Source: Caecitellus pseudoparvulus
Lineage: Eukaryota > Protista > Bigyra: Bicosoecida
Assembly: GCA_965644315.1 (NCBI GenBank)
Contig: CBFFRQ010000079.1
Span: 300,175 to 364,174 of the forward strand
Length of the DNA: 64,000 nucleotides
Direction: 5' to 3'
The notes under the pieces were generated by a model. It did no database searches and was not told the DNA's origin. It saw only the letters and a list, made by a program, of their open reading frames with translations. Shown one piece after another: positions 9,722 to 24,200 of the stretch (positions are counted from its first letter, which is position 1; every line of letters begins with the position of its first letter). The position numbers were made by a program, and so were the translations under genes.

Positions 9722-12700
9722 ATGGCAGCAACTGCCGAAAGCAAGGCGGCACAGCAGCTGAGCCGCGTGGCTGCCGTGCGCAGCTTTCCGCCTCCCCTGC
9801 CCCATGGCATGGAGAGCATGAGGGGCCCCGGGTTTACGAATTGTGAGTGGCTGTGGGGAGGTTGCCGAGTGTCGCGAGTGTCGTGCATGCCGCGCACACG
9901 AGTCTTGTGAAGCAGCCTGTCGTGGCGTGCCACAGCCGCGCCGCGGCGGGCGTGCTTGCATGCGGGAATTGCAGGCGCGGCATGGCGTTGCACTTCCACA
10001 GCACACACGCCCGCCCTCCTCCTCCCGCCGCGCAGGGGTGATCAAAGGCCACGTGCTGATGGGTCCACACCCAGGGCAGTCCACCACCGCCCTGGTGAAG
10101 AACATGGACGGCCTGCTGCGTGCAGGCGTGACCACCTTTGCCTCCCTGCAGCATGAGATGCCTGGCCTGCTGGTGACGGGCACAGCGCACACGGACGCCG
10201 GCACCATGTCGGCGCGCTCCCGCCGCTCCTATGGCCAGCGCAACGTGCACACGGCCCGCAACTACATGGGCGAGGCGCAGCACATGCTGGACACGGGCTC
10301 CTTCCCCAACAGCGGCCAAGGCCTGCACCTGTCCTTCGTGCACCTTCCAATTTCCGAGGGGGACGGCGCGACGGGCTCCGACGCCGCTGTGAAGGACTTC
10401 ACCCTGCAGCTGCTCAAGTACGTCAAGGCAGGCGAGGTGCTGTACCTGCAGTGTGGCGACGGCAACGGGCGCTCAGGCACCATCGCCGCCCTGCTGCTGG
10501 GGCTGGTGTATGGCCTGTCTTCCTCCGAAGCCATCGACGCCGCGCAGCGCTACCGCAGTGACCGGGCGGGTGCCGGTGGAAACGCGCCCGAAACGCACGA
10601 GCAGAAGATGCAGGTGCACCGGTTGCTGAAGGACAGCGCCTTCCGGCAGGCTGCCATCTCTGCCGTGGCTGGGGAGGCGCCCAGCCAGGAAGAGACGGTA
10701 TCAGCTGACCTGCAGGGCGTGTACCTGAAGCTGCGCAAGGCACTGCAGCGCCTGGGGTACAACGCCCTGCTGCTGCTGCGCAACTTCGTCGGCGCCAACA
10801 CGGCGGGGGAGGCGTGGGTGGGCTCCCTGCAGGCGGTCATGGACAAGCTGGTGGGCTTCCACCCCTCCCTGTACCTGACGCCCGCCGAGGCCGCCTTGCT
10901 GGGGTCCACCTCTGCCAGCCCCCCCGGCACCATCCACACGGGTGAGCTCATCAAGGGCATCCGAGGGCGCATGCCGCCCGGGCGCAGCGAGGCCGTGCAC
11001 GCCGCCTTCAACAAGATGGACGTGGGCGGCACGGGCTTCATCGAGTGGAACGACATCGCCATGCTGTTCGCGCCGCGGGGGCACCCCGACGTCGTGGGCG
11101 GCAAGCGCACAGAGGAAGCTGTGCGGGCCGACTTCTTGAACACGTTTGGCCACGGCGAGACGTTCGGAGACCTGCCCACGGCGGCCGGCGCCGCGGCCAA
11201 GCGCTCCGTGCACGTGACGTCCTTCGAGGATTACTGGGCGCACGTGTCTGCCTCCATCGAAGACGACGCGACGTTCAAGATGATGATGTGGAACGTGTGG
11301 CCTGTGCGCGGAAAGGGCACCCATGCCGACCCCATCGGGCGCCAGTCCCCCGCCCGCACCACCACCGGCCCCGCAGGCACGGCGGCCACCGAGCATGGCT
11401 ACACCTTCACCGCGGTGGGGTCGCTGGACGACCTGTGCAAGGAGCTGTGCGCTGCGGCGGCCAAGGCGTCCGACATGGCTGTGTCTGGCCTGCTGCAGGC
11501 GCTGGCGGGGCAGGCCCTGCCTGGCACCAGCGCCGTGGACGAGGCGGGTTTCCAGGCTGCTGTGCGGGAGGTGGGCGTCGCGCCCAGCGCCATGTCTGAC
11601 ACCCGCCTGCACTTCCTCTTCTCCCAAGCCCTGACCGAGCAGGGCGGCGGCGGCGGCGCGCTGGACGTAGCTGCCTTCCACAAGCGCCTGCGCGGGCGGC
11701 TGCCCGAGGGCCGCCGCCGCCTGGTGCTGGCAGCCTTTGAGCGCCTGACGCAGATCGCGGGGGGCTCCGCGGGCGTGCAGGGCGCCGTACCGGCACAAGT
11801 GATCGTGGGCGAGTTCAACGCCGCCAAGCACCCGGCAGTGCAGGCTGGTCGCAAGACGCCCGAGGAGGTCATGCGGGCGTTCGTGCGGGCATTCGGCAAC
11901 GGCGCCGCAGATGGCCTGGTGCGCCTGCCGTACTTTGAGGGGTTCTACGAGGGCGTGTCGGCGGCATGCGGCGACGACGACGCGCTGTTCAAGGTGGTGC
12001 TGTGGAACACGATGAAGCTGGACGCACCCATCGGCAGCCGCGCCGCTCGACAGCACGAGTACGCCGCGGAGGCCATCAACGCACGTGCCTGGGATGGACA
12101 TGCCGGCTTCCTGTCCCAGCTGGAGCGCCTGGGCACGCCGCAAGCCGAGGCGGTGCACCGCCCCTCCAAGGTCCTGCACTCACACCGCGTGAGTGGCTCG
12201 GATGCCGTGTCGCAGTCCCTGGTCATGGCGGGCGGGCACGGCACGGCGGCTGGCGTGGGACTGGGGTCACCCCATGGCACGCGGGGAGGCACGGGGGTTG
12301 GCGCTGCCGTCGCTGCAGGTGTCGGCCGCCCCGCCAACAAGCCCAAGACTCACGTGTTCTCCCCGCCGCCCAAGACGGCTGGTGGCGCGGGGGGGTACTC
12401 TGCCACCCCCCAGCACATCGGTGCGCCAACACCCGTCACTGGCGAGCGTGCGCCGGCCCTCTTCTCCCCCGTGCGACCCCCGCCACCTGCCCAGCCCACG
12501 CCTGGAGGCTTTCAGTACGCCCCCACGACCGGCCGAGGCGTGCCTACCACCCACCACCAGCTTGGCCAGACGGTGGATCCCCAAGCCACAGCAGCGCGGC
12601 AGCAGGCAGCGGCTGGCGGTGTGGGCACCACAGGTGGCACTGCCCACTACGCGGCTGCTGGGAACATCGGGGCCGCGCCCACCAGCAACCTGGTGGGCAT

Positions 12701-14480
12701 CGCGCCAGGCTCAGCAGCGGCTGGCCAGGACAGGGCCGCCGACCCACTGCACTTTGGGCGGGACCGGGGCCGCCGCAACTTCCACGCATCCCCCGCCAGC
12801 GGCGTGGCGCAGCACTCCAAGACGTACGCCAGCAACGTGCCGTGGGACACCCGCGACGGGCACTACACATCCGGCGACGCGGTGGCCTCCTTGCGCTCCA
12901 CGGCTCTCTCGGCACATGGCGTGACGCAGGCGGGCGGCATTATTTCTGAGCTCAGCCCCAGCAAACCTGCGGCACACTCTGCCCCCACCAGTGACAGCCA
13001 CGGCGGACAGCCTGCCGCGTTGGAGTCTGCTCGAGGAGAGATCCGGCGCATCCTGCTCTCCCGCGGCGTGCGGTCCACGTTCGGCCTGCAGCGGCAGTTC
13101 TGGAACGCCGACGCCAGTGGCTCTGGGTTCCTGCCGCCCCATGCCTTCGAGCAAGTGCTGCTGCAGTTCGGTGTGGGGGTGACGGAGGCTCAGGCACGCG
13201 CCTTGAGCGCCGAGCACGAGCAGGAGCCGGGCAAGGTGGACTACACCGCCTTCCTGTACGGCGTGCTGGGGCAGCTGTCCCCCACACGTGCAGCGTGGGT
13301 GGGTAAGGTGTACGCAGCCCTGCACTCTGCAGCCATGAAGGCCCGCGCGCAGGGCGCTGCTGTGGGGTCGGAGGTGTCCGGTGCACCCATCCCCATCGAC
13401 TACCTGCGCATGCACTTCGCCTCGGCAGAGCACCCCGAGGTGCGCTCAGGCACCCGTCCAGAGGCGGAGGTCCTGCGGGAGTTCCTGGAGACTTTCACGT
13501 TCCACCCGCGGCACGCAGCGTCTGCGCCCCCCACAGACCCCACCGACGTCTTCACGTCAGGCGGCGTCACAGCGGGGGACTGGCAGCACTACTACGCCCT
13601 CGTGTCGGCGTCCATTCCAGAGGACACACACTTCCAAGTCATCCTCTGGTCAGTGTGGCGCATGGCCGACATCGTATCGTCACCTGTCAGCAAGCCGGCT
13701 GGGACACCCGCGAGCCCCGCTGCACGGGGTCGCCTTCAGCGCAACGTCGCCGAGGGCCAAGGGCAGGGTTGGGGCGTGGAGCAGCTTGGCTTCGCGGACA
13801 CGGAGTCTGGCCGCCTCATGGCAGCGCACAGCAAGGCCCACGGCTCGGCGCAGGTCAGCCTGGCTGTGCCAGACGTGCTGGCCCGTATCCAGGCGGCCAT
13901 GCGGCGGCGAGGGAGGTCCACCATCGTGGCCTTGGCGGCGGCTCTCCGCAGCGCCGACCGTAGCGCGCACGCCGGCGTACGGCTGGGGCGCCTCACACGC
14001 TCTGCCGTGCGCCAAGTCATGTCTGACATGTCCATGGGCGTCTCTGACACTGAGTTGGACGTGCTCTTTGGCGCCTTTGACGCGGCAGGCCACGGCGCTG
14101 CCTCCGGCGAGATGGCATACGAGCACTTCTTGGATGCCATGGCTGGGCCCATGTCCCAAGCCCGGGAGCAGCTCGTGCTGGACGCGTGGAACAAGGTACC
14201 AGGCTCTGAGGCTGGTGCTGTGCACTTGGCATCGCTGCGCAACGTCGTCTCGGCTGCGACTGACAAGGACGTCTGCGCAGGGCGCAAGACAGAGAACCGC
14301 GTGAAGGGCGAGCTGCTCCAGCCGCTCGTGGACGCTGCCGGCGGCGGCACCGGCACCGGCGGCGACGTGGTCATTTCAGTGGACCACTTCCTTCGAGTGC
14401 ACGCGCACCTATCAGCTTGCATTGAGGACGATGCAGCTTTCCACTTGCACATGTGGAATGCCTGGTTGAACGGGAGGTGA
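9722..14480 (+). CDS. CX5R (PTP/DSP-like) phosphatase fused to four calcyphosin-like EF-hand modules; exons 9722-9842 and 10036-14480
   Basis: A GTGAGT..CGCAG intron (9843-10035) yields TNWVIKGHVLMGPHPG. P-loop is LYLQCGDGNGRSGT. The module R...V..AF.K.D..G.G...HP.V..G.+T...V...FL..F..F..Y...VSASI.DD..F...W..W recurs four times. Confidence 0.82.
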
Positions 14481-15205
14481 GAGGGAGCAGGAGCCGGGCG
14501 GAGGGAAATGCACTTTCAGCTGCCATCGAGCGCCAGCGCACGCTCTGGTGTTCACGTGCAAGGTCCAGCAGGATTGCTGCATTCAGGACCTCCCGAAAAG
14601 CAAGCCGTCGAACAGATGCGCTCCTTCGCACGATGCGTGGGCACTGCACCTGGGGCTGCCCTCCACATGCTTGCAAACGCGTACGTCAGCACAACGTAAC
14701 CAACGACAAAGCCTTTCAGCTCGGAAGCCTGCAATCGAAAACCTTGGTGCGCTTCCTCCTAATGCTCGCTCCTCCGGGGATTGCGCTGGAGTCTTTTTGA
14801 GAAGGCAGGTTGCCGCCTCCGCTCCAGCCGCTGGTTCAGCATCTGGCGCCGGCTGGACAATCCTTGCGCGTGGCAGGGACGCCCACTCACGCCAAGCCGC
14901 AGTATGGGATTTCTGGAAGTGAACTATCTTCCTAGATTTCATCGGTACGTGACATGGGGCGTGGCGGGAGAGGCTTCCTGGAGCTGTCAGTTTGGAGCTT
15001 GATGGGGCGGGCAGAGTGGGAATTCGATGCGTACACCAGCTTCGCGGACTGCACCTGCGGCAGCGAAGCAGACACCCTCCCGGAAAGGGAAATACACAAG
15101 GCACTTCATTGATGAATTTGATGTCTGCAGCTGACCCGATTTGCCTGCCTGGGCGGCGCAGAGCTGCGGGACACTGGCATGGTTGGCGGAGCCGCGTTTT
15201 GCGCC

Positions 15206-18200
15206 ATGTACATGTCACAGTAGGGCACGTGCCCTCTGCGCTGCAGCTGGGCGCGAAGATCAGCCCACGAGTTATGCAGACTGATAGTACTCACACACAC
15301 GTGCCCTGACACCGCTTCACAGGTTGTGTCGGCTTCGTCGAGGGGTGGGCGCTGTGCTGGTGCTCCTTGCCTTTTTCGCAGTTCCGCTGAGGGTGGAGGG
15401 AACCTGCCCCACGGCAGTACACGCCTTCCACGGGGGCTTCTCCGTGCCGCATGCATCAACAGACGCAGTTGTTTTGGGGTCTTTATCTCCTGGAGGAGGC
15501 GCGGGACCGTGCAGCTACGCTCTGGAGGATGTGTTGCCGCCGAGCATGGCAGCGTTTCTGACCGTCAACGCAGGCTCGGGCGTCTTGTCAACTGTCGCCT
15601 CCAGCCCTGGCTGCTGCGAAGGGAATTGTGGCAGCCCCTGGTTATGGGGCACCCTCCCTGTGCTGGCGAACGTTTCGGTGGTGTGCCCCTCCTGCCCCTT
15701 TAACGAAACCACAACGTCAACTTCCGTCTCAGTGAATGCTCCGCCCTTCCCGACGACACTGAGCACGAGCGCACTGATCATTCCAGATGGCACCCGCAGA
15801 GCGATCTCTTTCGGCAATGTGTCTGCATCCATCGCGAACTCCAACTCATCGTGCACCTTCTCTGTGCTGTCCACGGAGCCGCCGAGCTTCCAGACTTGGG
15901 TGCAGGTCAACGCCAGCTCAGGAGTGCTGTCCACTGTGGCCACTGCCGGGGCAACGTCAGGGCAATGCGACAGCCCTTGGGTAGAGGCTGAGCACCCTCA
16001 AGTGCATGTGCTGCTTGGTGCTACCTGCGACTCGTGTGGACCAGACCCCAGCCCGTTGAACGCGACCATTTCCGTTGAAGTCGCCAGCCCCAACGTGAGC
16101 CTGACCCTTGTCAACGCCTCACATGTATTTGCTGGAGAAGCGGACAGTGTGCAAGTTGGAGTGGTGCAAGGCAACTTTATTGACGAGTTCGGCACCCCAG
16201 GCACGGCGCAGGAGTTCTGGGACGACTGTACTGTCGAGATAGCGGATGTCCAACCGGCTGCCTTTGCCAGCTGGCTGCAGCTGGAGCCAGAGACAGGGCT
16301 CCTGAGCACTGTAGCAGGGCCTGAGTGTGCTTCGCCATGGGACGCCGTTGGCACGCCGGTTGTCACAGCATTCGTTGTGCCTCGTTGCAACGTGTCTGAC
16401 GTCTGCGACACACTCGCCGTTGACATCCAGGTGGTCCCTGCCGAGCTTCCAGAAACGTCCATGTTCGCTGAAGTCAACGAGCTGGCGCCTGTTGGCACGT
16501 TCGTGGAGCAAGTGGCATCCTACAGCAGCGGGGGGGGAGCACTTCTCCCTTGTTGTGGCCGCTGCAACGCGACCCTGCTGCCTGTTGTCAACCCTATGCA
16601 CACACACGTGGCGGGGTCCATGGAGGTCAACATCACTGGCGCTGTCCTCGTGGCGAACAACACTTTGCTGGACTTTGAAGCGGCGCCCTTTGTCGGGGGC
16701 AGCCAGAGCCGCCTGGGAACTGTGCGGGTCCGTGTGGCCTCCACGATTGGGCTGAGCCAGGTGGTCAACCTTAACGTGCAGCTTCGCAACGTTGACGAGC
16801 CTGCCGTGCTGCCTGCTGATCTTGAGGTTGTCTTTCTATTTCCAGAGAATGCTGTGGGGGCCGTGGGAACCATCCCTTCCGCAGATGCTGACAGCTTGTA
16901 TGGGTACGCATGTGGTGCACCTGGTGTGTCATGCGCACTGGAGCTGGTCTCCGTTTCCCCCCCTGCTGCCAACACCTCCATTGCCTTGAGCACGGGCGGG
17001 AACTTAACCATCTTGGCCGGGCACCCGTTGGATTACGAGGTGTTTTCGGAGGTACTCGTGCAGGTGGCAGCGCGACACACGAACCCTGCCGTGCAAGTGG
17101 TGCAGACAACTGTAAACATTTCTGTGATAAACATCAACGAGCCACCCTTCTTGGAACCTGTATCGGGCCCTTTGCGGGTCGATGAGACTGTGCCTGCTTC
17201 CATCTTTAACTTCACCGGCCGAGATCCTGAGACGCCGGGCGTGGATTGCGCAGGGGCTTGCACGTTCTCTATTTCCAACTGCACTGAGACAGGCACCGCC
17301 ACACGCCATGGAATGTGCGATTGGTTATCGATGAATCCTTCGACAGGGCTGCTGTTTACAAGCGGCAGTGCGCCCATCACCACGCTCGACTTGCAGCCGC
17401 AGTTTACCAGTTCCTGCACACAGAACGCTCCCTTCCTTCCACCTCCAGCTATGATCTGTGTGGCACGCGACTTCACACAGAGCGCGCCTGGCAACTTCAA
17501 TCTGACCGTAACTGCCCAAGTGCAGGAGCCGGCTCCAGGTTCCTTGACAGGGCAGAGCACACTGCAGTTGTGGGTTGATACTGCGCCGTTTCCGCCATCT
17601 TTTACCTCCCCAGAATACTCAGTCTCTGTGCTGGAGGGAACAGAGGTAGAATTCCCAGGGCTGGTGCTGCTTGATGTTGATGCCGAGGACCCTAACGTTG
17701 TGCTGGGGGGCGACTGCGGCCTGACTGGGCACCACCACTGCAACTACTCCCTGGTCTCAGTCGACCCCGTGGAGGCCACAGGGGTGTTCGGCGTGTACCC
17801 TGACTCCGGTCTCATCTTCGTCACTGGCGTGCTGGACTTTGAGACCATCCCCAACGTGACGCTTGGCATCGAAGTGCAGGATGTGACCGGCCTGCGGGCC
17901 GCCACCAGCGTCCTTGTACACACTTTGGACGGGCCCGAATTCCCTATTATTGATGATGAGTCCGTGCGAGTTCCAGAAAATGCTTCAGATAACACTGTGC
18001 TGCTGGACTTCAACACCTTTGACCCTGAGAGTGGCACTGGGCCGGACTGCGAGGGTCAGTGCACATATGCCATTTCCCAGGCCTCTATGGTGCACCCGGA
18101 GTATTTCGACCGACTGCACATTGATCCAGTGCATGGAATCGTGACGCTGGTCAGACCAGACAAGTTCCTGGGGCCGCTGTTGGACTTTGAGAGTGCGGCA

Positions 18201-21200
18201 GTCATAAGCTTCCAAGTCCGTGTTACCGACCCCAGCAACCTTACCAGCACAGCAACGGGAACTTTGACGGTGATCGGGATTCCAGAGGCACCTCAAGCGC
18301 AAGCTACACGGCACATCTTGCAAATGACGTCCAGCCACCCGGCAGGGGAGCCAATTCTGGCTTCAAGCATTCAGGTGACGCAAGCGGAGGGCAGCTTGGT
18401 GGCCATTTCCCTGAGGGATGTGAACGGGACCGACCCGCGGGCCTGGAATGTGAAACCAGGAGACCTCTCGCTATCCACTACATTTAACCTATCCGAGGCC
18501 AGTCCGCTGAATCCTCCTGTAGGCAGCGGGCCAGCTCCCTCTGTTCTCGTGCAGCCCCTGAGTGACCACACCCCCCCCGGTGTGTACGAATGCGTACTTT
18601 TGTTGATTAATTGGGACTTTCCAGAGCTGTTCACGGTCGTGCACCTGTGGGTTGTGGTGCAGGATGTGAACGAAGCCCCAGCCCTGATCGAGCCGGCCTC
18701 CTTCTCTGTCGCAGAGCGAGCTCCTGCAGGCCACGTGCTGGGGATTCTCCGCGCGACGGACCTGGACATGTACCAGCATCTCACCTTTCAAGTCGAACCC
18801 CCCTTTGCTGAGTTTGTCGAGGCAGTTCCCATTTGTGAGCCCGCACCCGGCGGCGCACTGCCGGTCGCAGGCTGCAGTGCCGGGGAGTATGCGCGGTCCG
18901 CCAACTTGACGCTGCGCAGGGACTGTCTGGATGCAGAGTTGCTGCTCCCGGCGACGTCTTTCCAGTTTACCGTCGCTGTCACGGACACTGCAGTGCTGTT
19001 GGACACGATTGGGGATGCGTACGTTGACAAGGCTGGCTTTGGTCCACACACTGTCCGCCACACCGTTGACATATCGGTTGTGGACATCAACGACACGAGA
19101 GTGATTGACTCGGTCTCCTTCCCACAACTCTCTGGCCTCAGCACAGCAGGAGGAGAGGCCCTTGTATTTCGTGGACGAAACCTCCCACCTTTGCCTCCAT
19201 TCTTGCCCGGCGCACCAGCCAACTTGACTGTGTCATACTCGAATGGCATGGAGAGCCACAAGGCTGTCGACTGCAGAGTGTCTGAGGCCTTTGTGGAGAT
19301 TCGATGTCTTTCTATCCCCGGACACGGGACAGGCTTCAACTGGAGCGTGTTCGTCAACGGCGTGGAAGTCCACTCAGACTTGCCCAGTTTCAACTACGCC
19401 CCGCCCTCCGTCCTTGCTTTGGCTGGGGAGGGCGCACTAGATGCGAGCAGCCAAGGCGGCCAAGAAGTCATCATCAGTGGTGTGAATTTTGGGACGCTGC
19501 CCCTGAGTGCAGGGGATGTAGTGTACGGAGACGCCCTGGAAGCACAAAACTGCAGCATTTCAGTGCCTCATTTCAAGATCAGGTGCCTTACCGCCATGGG
19601 CTCGGGCGATAAGCTGTTGTGGCGCGTGCATGTGGGCGGCCAGTGGAGCTCATCACCAACCTCTGCGTACTTGCAGCCTTCTGTATCGAATGTCTCCCTT
19701 GTGCTTCACAGCACTATGGCGCCCGTGGATGCAGCCCCCACCAACGCAACTGGCGTAAGCATGCTCATATTCGGAAGTGGACTTTCATTGGAAGATGGTT
19801 CCTTCGGTTGGGTGCGATACAGGCGACTTGACAGCCAGGACGAGCTGGAGTCGCCCGGTTGCCTTCCAGCCCCTCAGGCTGGGGACTTGCTGTGCAGTCT
19901 TGCAGAAGGCGTGGGGACAGCTTATCACGTTATCTCACAAATGGGGGGCGTGATTTCTTTGCCATCCAACGATAGTGTATCATACGCACCTCCCATCATG
20001 CATGGCATCCGACCAGCAGGCGGGGGTATCGGGGACCCCGTCCCGACTTTTGGAGGCGTCACCGTCACCGTGCTTGGCGAGAACTTCGGACCTGAAGATT
20101 TCCAACCCATCCTGATCGTTGGGAATGCGTCTGTCTTTCCTGAACCCCTCTCCACTTCCGGGGCGCACGCTGAGCAGACGTTTGTCGCCCCCCCTGGCAA
20201 TGGACAGGGCGTACCCCTGTTCCTCGAGGTTGGGGGCCAGGAGACTGGCATCGCCACCTTTGACTACCAGCCTCCAACCATCAGCACCGTCCTTGTCCTG
20301 GCCGGGAGCGGCACAACGGCCGAGATGAGGATTCAAGTGACTGGGAGCAACTTCGGCGCTTGCTGCTTGAGCGGGGTATCGCAAGGGTCCAGTTCGTGCC
20401 GCTGCAAAGTGTCTGGCGAAAATGCGACAATTGTCTGGCTGCAGGCCGACGCAGGGAGCGGGCCCGTAAGTCCTTGTGTGGATCCTATCGTTTCCCTTGG
20501 CGACACCCGCATTGAGTGCACCTTGCGCGGGTACACTGAGGAGTCCATCTCCATCCCGAGCAATCTGTGGGTGTCTGTGGCGAACCAAGTGGCAAGTGCA
20601 CCATTCCACTACCAAGAGCTCCTGCGTGTTCCTGAAGTTTCACAAGTACTTGGGAAGGATAGCATTTCGACCCAGGGCGGCAGCCTTGTCACTCTGCAGG
20701 GGCGCTTCTTTGGCATTGTCCAAGGCCGACTGCAAGTGCGCACAGGCGAGAGGGATGCATCAGGAGGCCTTGTCTGGAACGACATGCCAGATGGGCAGAT
20801 TGTGAACTGGACCGACACGAGTATCACTTTTGCGACACTTCCAGGCCAGGGCCGCTTTGAGCTCCGGCCGTACTTGCCAGGCGCTCCTGAACTAGCATAC
20901 CCTGCTTCCGTTCTTAGATACATGCAGCCCACAATTACCGACGTGGAGGGCTTCCAGTCGACAAGCTCGGGTGCTTGGGACTACGATCGCAGTGTTGTCA
21001 CGAATGCGAGTCACTGGTTGCGGATCCACGGTGACAACTTGGGCCCGGGACTGCTGCGTGACAAGTCCGGGTGGTCCACCAGCCGCGAGTTCCGTGGTGT
21101 GGCAGCAGTCCGAACTTGCCCTCTGAATGCCACCTTGTGTATCAGCCCAAGCGAATCCTACGAGAATGCCGTTCTCGTCGGAGGGCAGCAGTGTGCAATT

Positions 21201-24200
21201 TTGTCATGGAACGATACGTTAATCGAGTGCCTGCCTCCGCATGGCCTTAAAAAAGTGAATGTCACTGTCTACGTGCATGACCGCCTCACAGCAGGACAAG
21301 CCGAGGGTTTCGGCGAATTCTCCAGCGTCATTGCGAAGAAGGCTTACGAGTATGCCGTGCCCTCCATTTTCCAGCTCGAGTACGCTGGGGCACGCCGGCC
21401 GTATCAAGTGCCATGGCCAACGTACTCTCGGACAGTGGGTGGAGACCTTGTGCGCATTGTTGGATCGTCATTTGGAATCCCCTCACTCGTTGCTCCCCAG
21501 GTGTACCTGGGAAATGCGCTCATCGACTCGAAGGACATTGTGCGTCACACTCACGACGAGCTGCTGGTGCGTACGCCACCTGGAACTGGCGCCAACCTGA
21601 CCCTGCATGTTTCAATTCTCGGGGATGAGTCCAACGGTGTCGTTTTTTCGTATGACCCGCCTGTGATCGCTCTGCTGCAATTCGTCGCTACTGGCGGCCA
21701 GCCATCTCGACTGCACGCCTTGGGCCAGCAGAGGCACAACGGTGAGGACAGCAACTTCACAACTTTGGAAGGCCCGACGGTGCAGCTTGTGAGGTCGAAC
21801 AGCCCAGGAATTGAAGTACTCGGCACCCAGCTGAATCAAGTTGTGCTGGGGTCGTCACAGCGGGTGGAGGACCTCTTTGTGGACGCTCGTGGTGGAGTTG
21901 TGGTGCTGCACGGCTGGAACTTCGGCCTGTTTGAGCCTTCTCCGGAAGACGAAGCAGTTTCCATCGGAGGAGTACTCTGCCAGCGCAGGGTCGGCGCCCG
22001 CACCGTCTGGAGCAGCGACTCTGAGCTGCAGTGCCAGCTCGACGGCATGGTGATCGGCCGCAAGGGCGTCCAGGTCGCTGTCGCAGGCCAAACGACAACC
22101 TTGACAGCGCAGCAGTCCGGCATTCGCGCCATCTGTGACACTGGCTACTTTGCCATGCTGGAAGACACTGACTTTTGCTTGCCCTGCCCAAGGTGCGCCA
22201 CAGATGACTGCCCAGCAGGGGCGGAAGCTCCGACAGAGTGTGGCGGAGGCACGTCGCCGCCCGTGTCGCGGCCAGGGTTCTGGCAGCATGACCTCACCAC
22301 CGCCCTTTCTGACAACTGGGCTCACTTGGACAGCACCCCACTGGAATCCTTCCTCGCTGGCGCTGAAGATTCGGCCAGCTCAATCGTAGGTGAGCTGTCG
22401 TCTGCCTTTTCCCGGCGCCTGGCGAGCCCGAGGTTCAACGCCTCAAGCGCAAACTTCACCTCTGCCTCCCGATTCCTGCTGACGCCTTGTGTGCCAGCAG
22501 AAGCATGTCTTGGCAACAACACGTGCGCTGAAGGCTACACTGGTGTTGCCTGCCAGCTTTGTGACGAGAATAGCAGCCGGCAGCCTGGGGCAACCAGGGC
22601 TTGTGCTCCTTGTGACGCACCATCTGTGCATCCCTTGCTGATTGTTCTCTTCTGCGTGCTAGCTTTGCCTTGCCTGGCGATTGCGTTCAGTTTTCTTCGG
22701 CACGCCCCCTCCCTCATCGGCTTTGGCATGGCAGTCTCTTCTCTGCAGCTGCTCAGTCAAGCAGTCAAGCTGAGCATGCCGTGGGGGTCTGGGGCCCAGA
22801 CTGCCGGATCCATGGGCAGCACGCTCCAGCTGGACATCTCCAGCGTCAACTTACCCTGTGCCCTCTTGAAGTCGGGCTACCGATTGGCCTTCTTTGATTC
22901 ATGGAGGATGTACCAGCTGACCCCTTTCATTTTGATTGGGTTTATGGCTCTGGCCACGGGGCTACCTTGGCTGTTCAGCTTGTTCAAACGCAACTCCACA
23001 ACCAGGAGCTCGGAAGCCTTGCGAAAGTTCCTGGAGTTTTCAGTCAGCATCATCTCATTCATGTACGTCGGCATTGTATCGTCAGCACTGGAGGTGTTCT
23101 CCTGCATTCCACTTGGCGGCAAGCGTGTGCTGAGTGCAGACGTGAGCGTGGACTGCTTTGGGGAGGAGTACGAGCGGCTCACAGCGCTCGCATATGCATC
23201 TTTGTTTGGTTACGGTGTTGGAGTTCCAGTGTTGTTTTTCTTTGTCCTCATCTGGAACCGACAAGCAGTGAAACTGAACCTTGACAAGATCAGCAGCGGG
23301 AAGCCACACACCATTCAAGAGCCGACTGACGAGCAGCTGGGCAGGACCAGCAGCAAGGACAAAACAAGCGGTAAAGACACAACGAAAGGCGCAAAGCATG
23401 CATCTGTCCGCAGTCCAGCGCTTGAAAAGCTACACAAATACGCAGCCTTCATCCACACTCTCGTCGGGAAGCTTTACATGCCGTACACCCGTTCCATGTA
23501 CTTCTGGTCCGTTCTGCACTTTGCACAGCGCATGGCTGTCGCAGCGCTGGCGACTGTGTTCAGGGATCGACCTAGTTTCTCTGCTCTGCTTCTCTGCCTT
23601 GCCTTGTCCTTCTATGCATTCCTGCTGGCCTTGGTGCGGCCACATGGCGAGGTGAACGTAGCGCTGAGCTGGGTCCGGGCGGTGAAGTCCGGGCGCTTCG
23701 GTGAGGAGCCGAAGGTAAAGCTTACGGAGCGGGTGAAGACAGCTTCAGAGAAACTTCAGGAGGATGAGGTGTTTTTGATGGAATGTGAAGCCAGGTACAA
23801 GTTCGATGATTGCAGCTCATCTGAAGGAGAGACGGGTGTGACGCAGCGACGACGACGGAGAAGCACGCACAGAAGGCGGTCTTCAAGGCCAGCGTCAACA
23901 GCAGTCCTCAAGAAGCACCAGCGTAGCATTGCAGATGAACGAGCCATGGCTATTGCCAAAGCACACCAAGCATCTCCCGATCCTGGAGACAGCGAGCCAG
24001 TGAAGCAAGAAGTCAAGGCAATCCCAGGCAGCCAGGTCCGAGAGCTTCCACAACAAGGAGAGCACCAGAAAAATCCTCTTAAGGCAATTTTAAATCAACA
24101 GCAGTGTGAGTCAGGAAGAAAGCCGCATGGGGGACTGGATGGCTTCCAAGCTGAAACGACTCGCAGCAGCCAGGAGCCGGAGGTAGTGAGAGTTTCCTCG

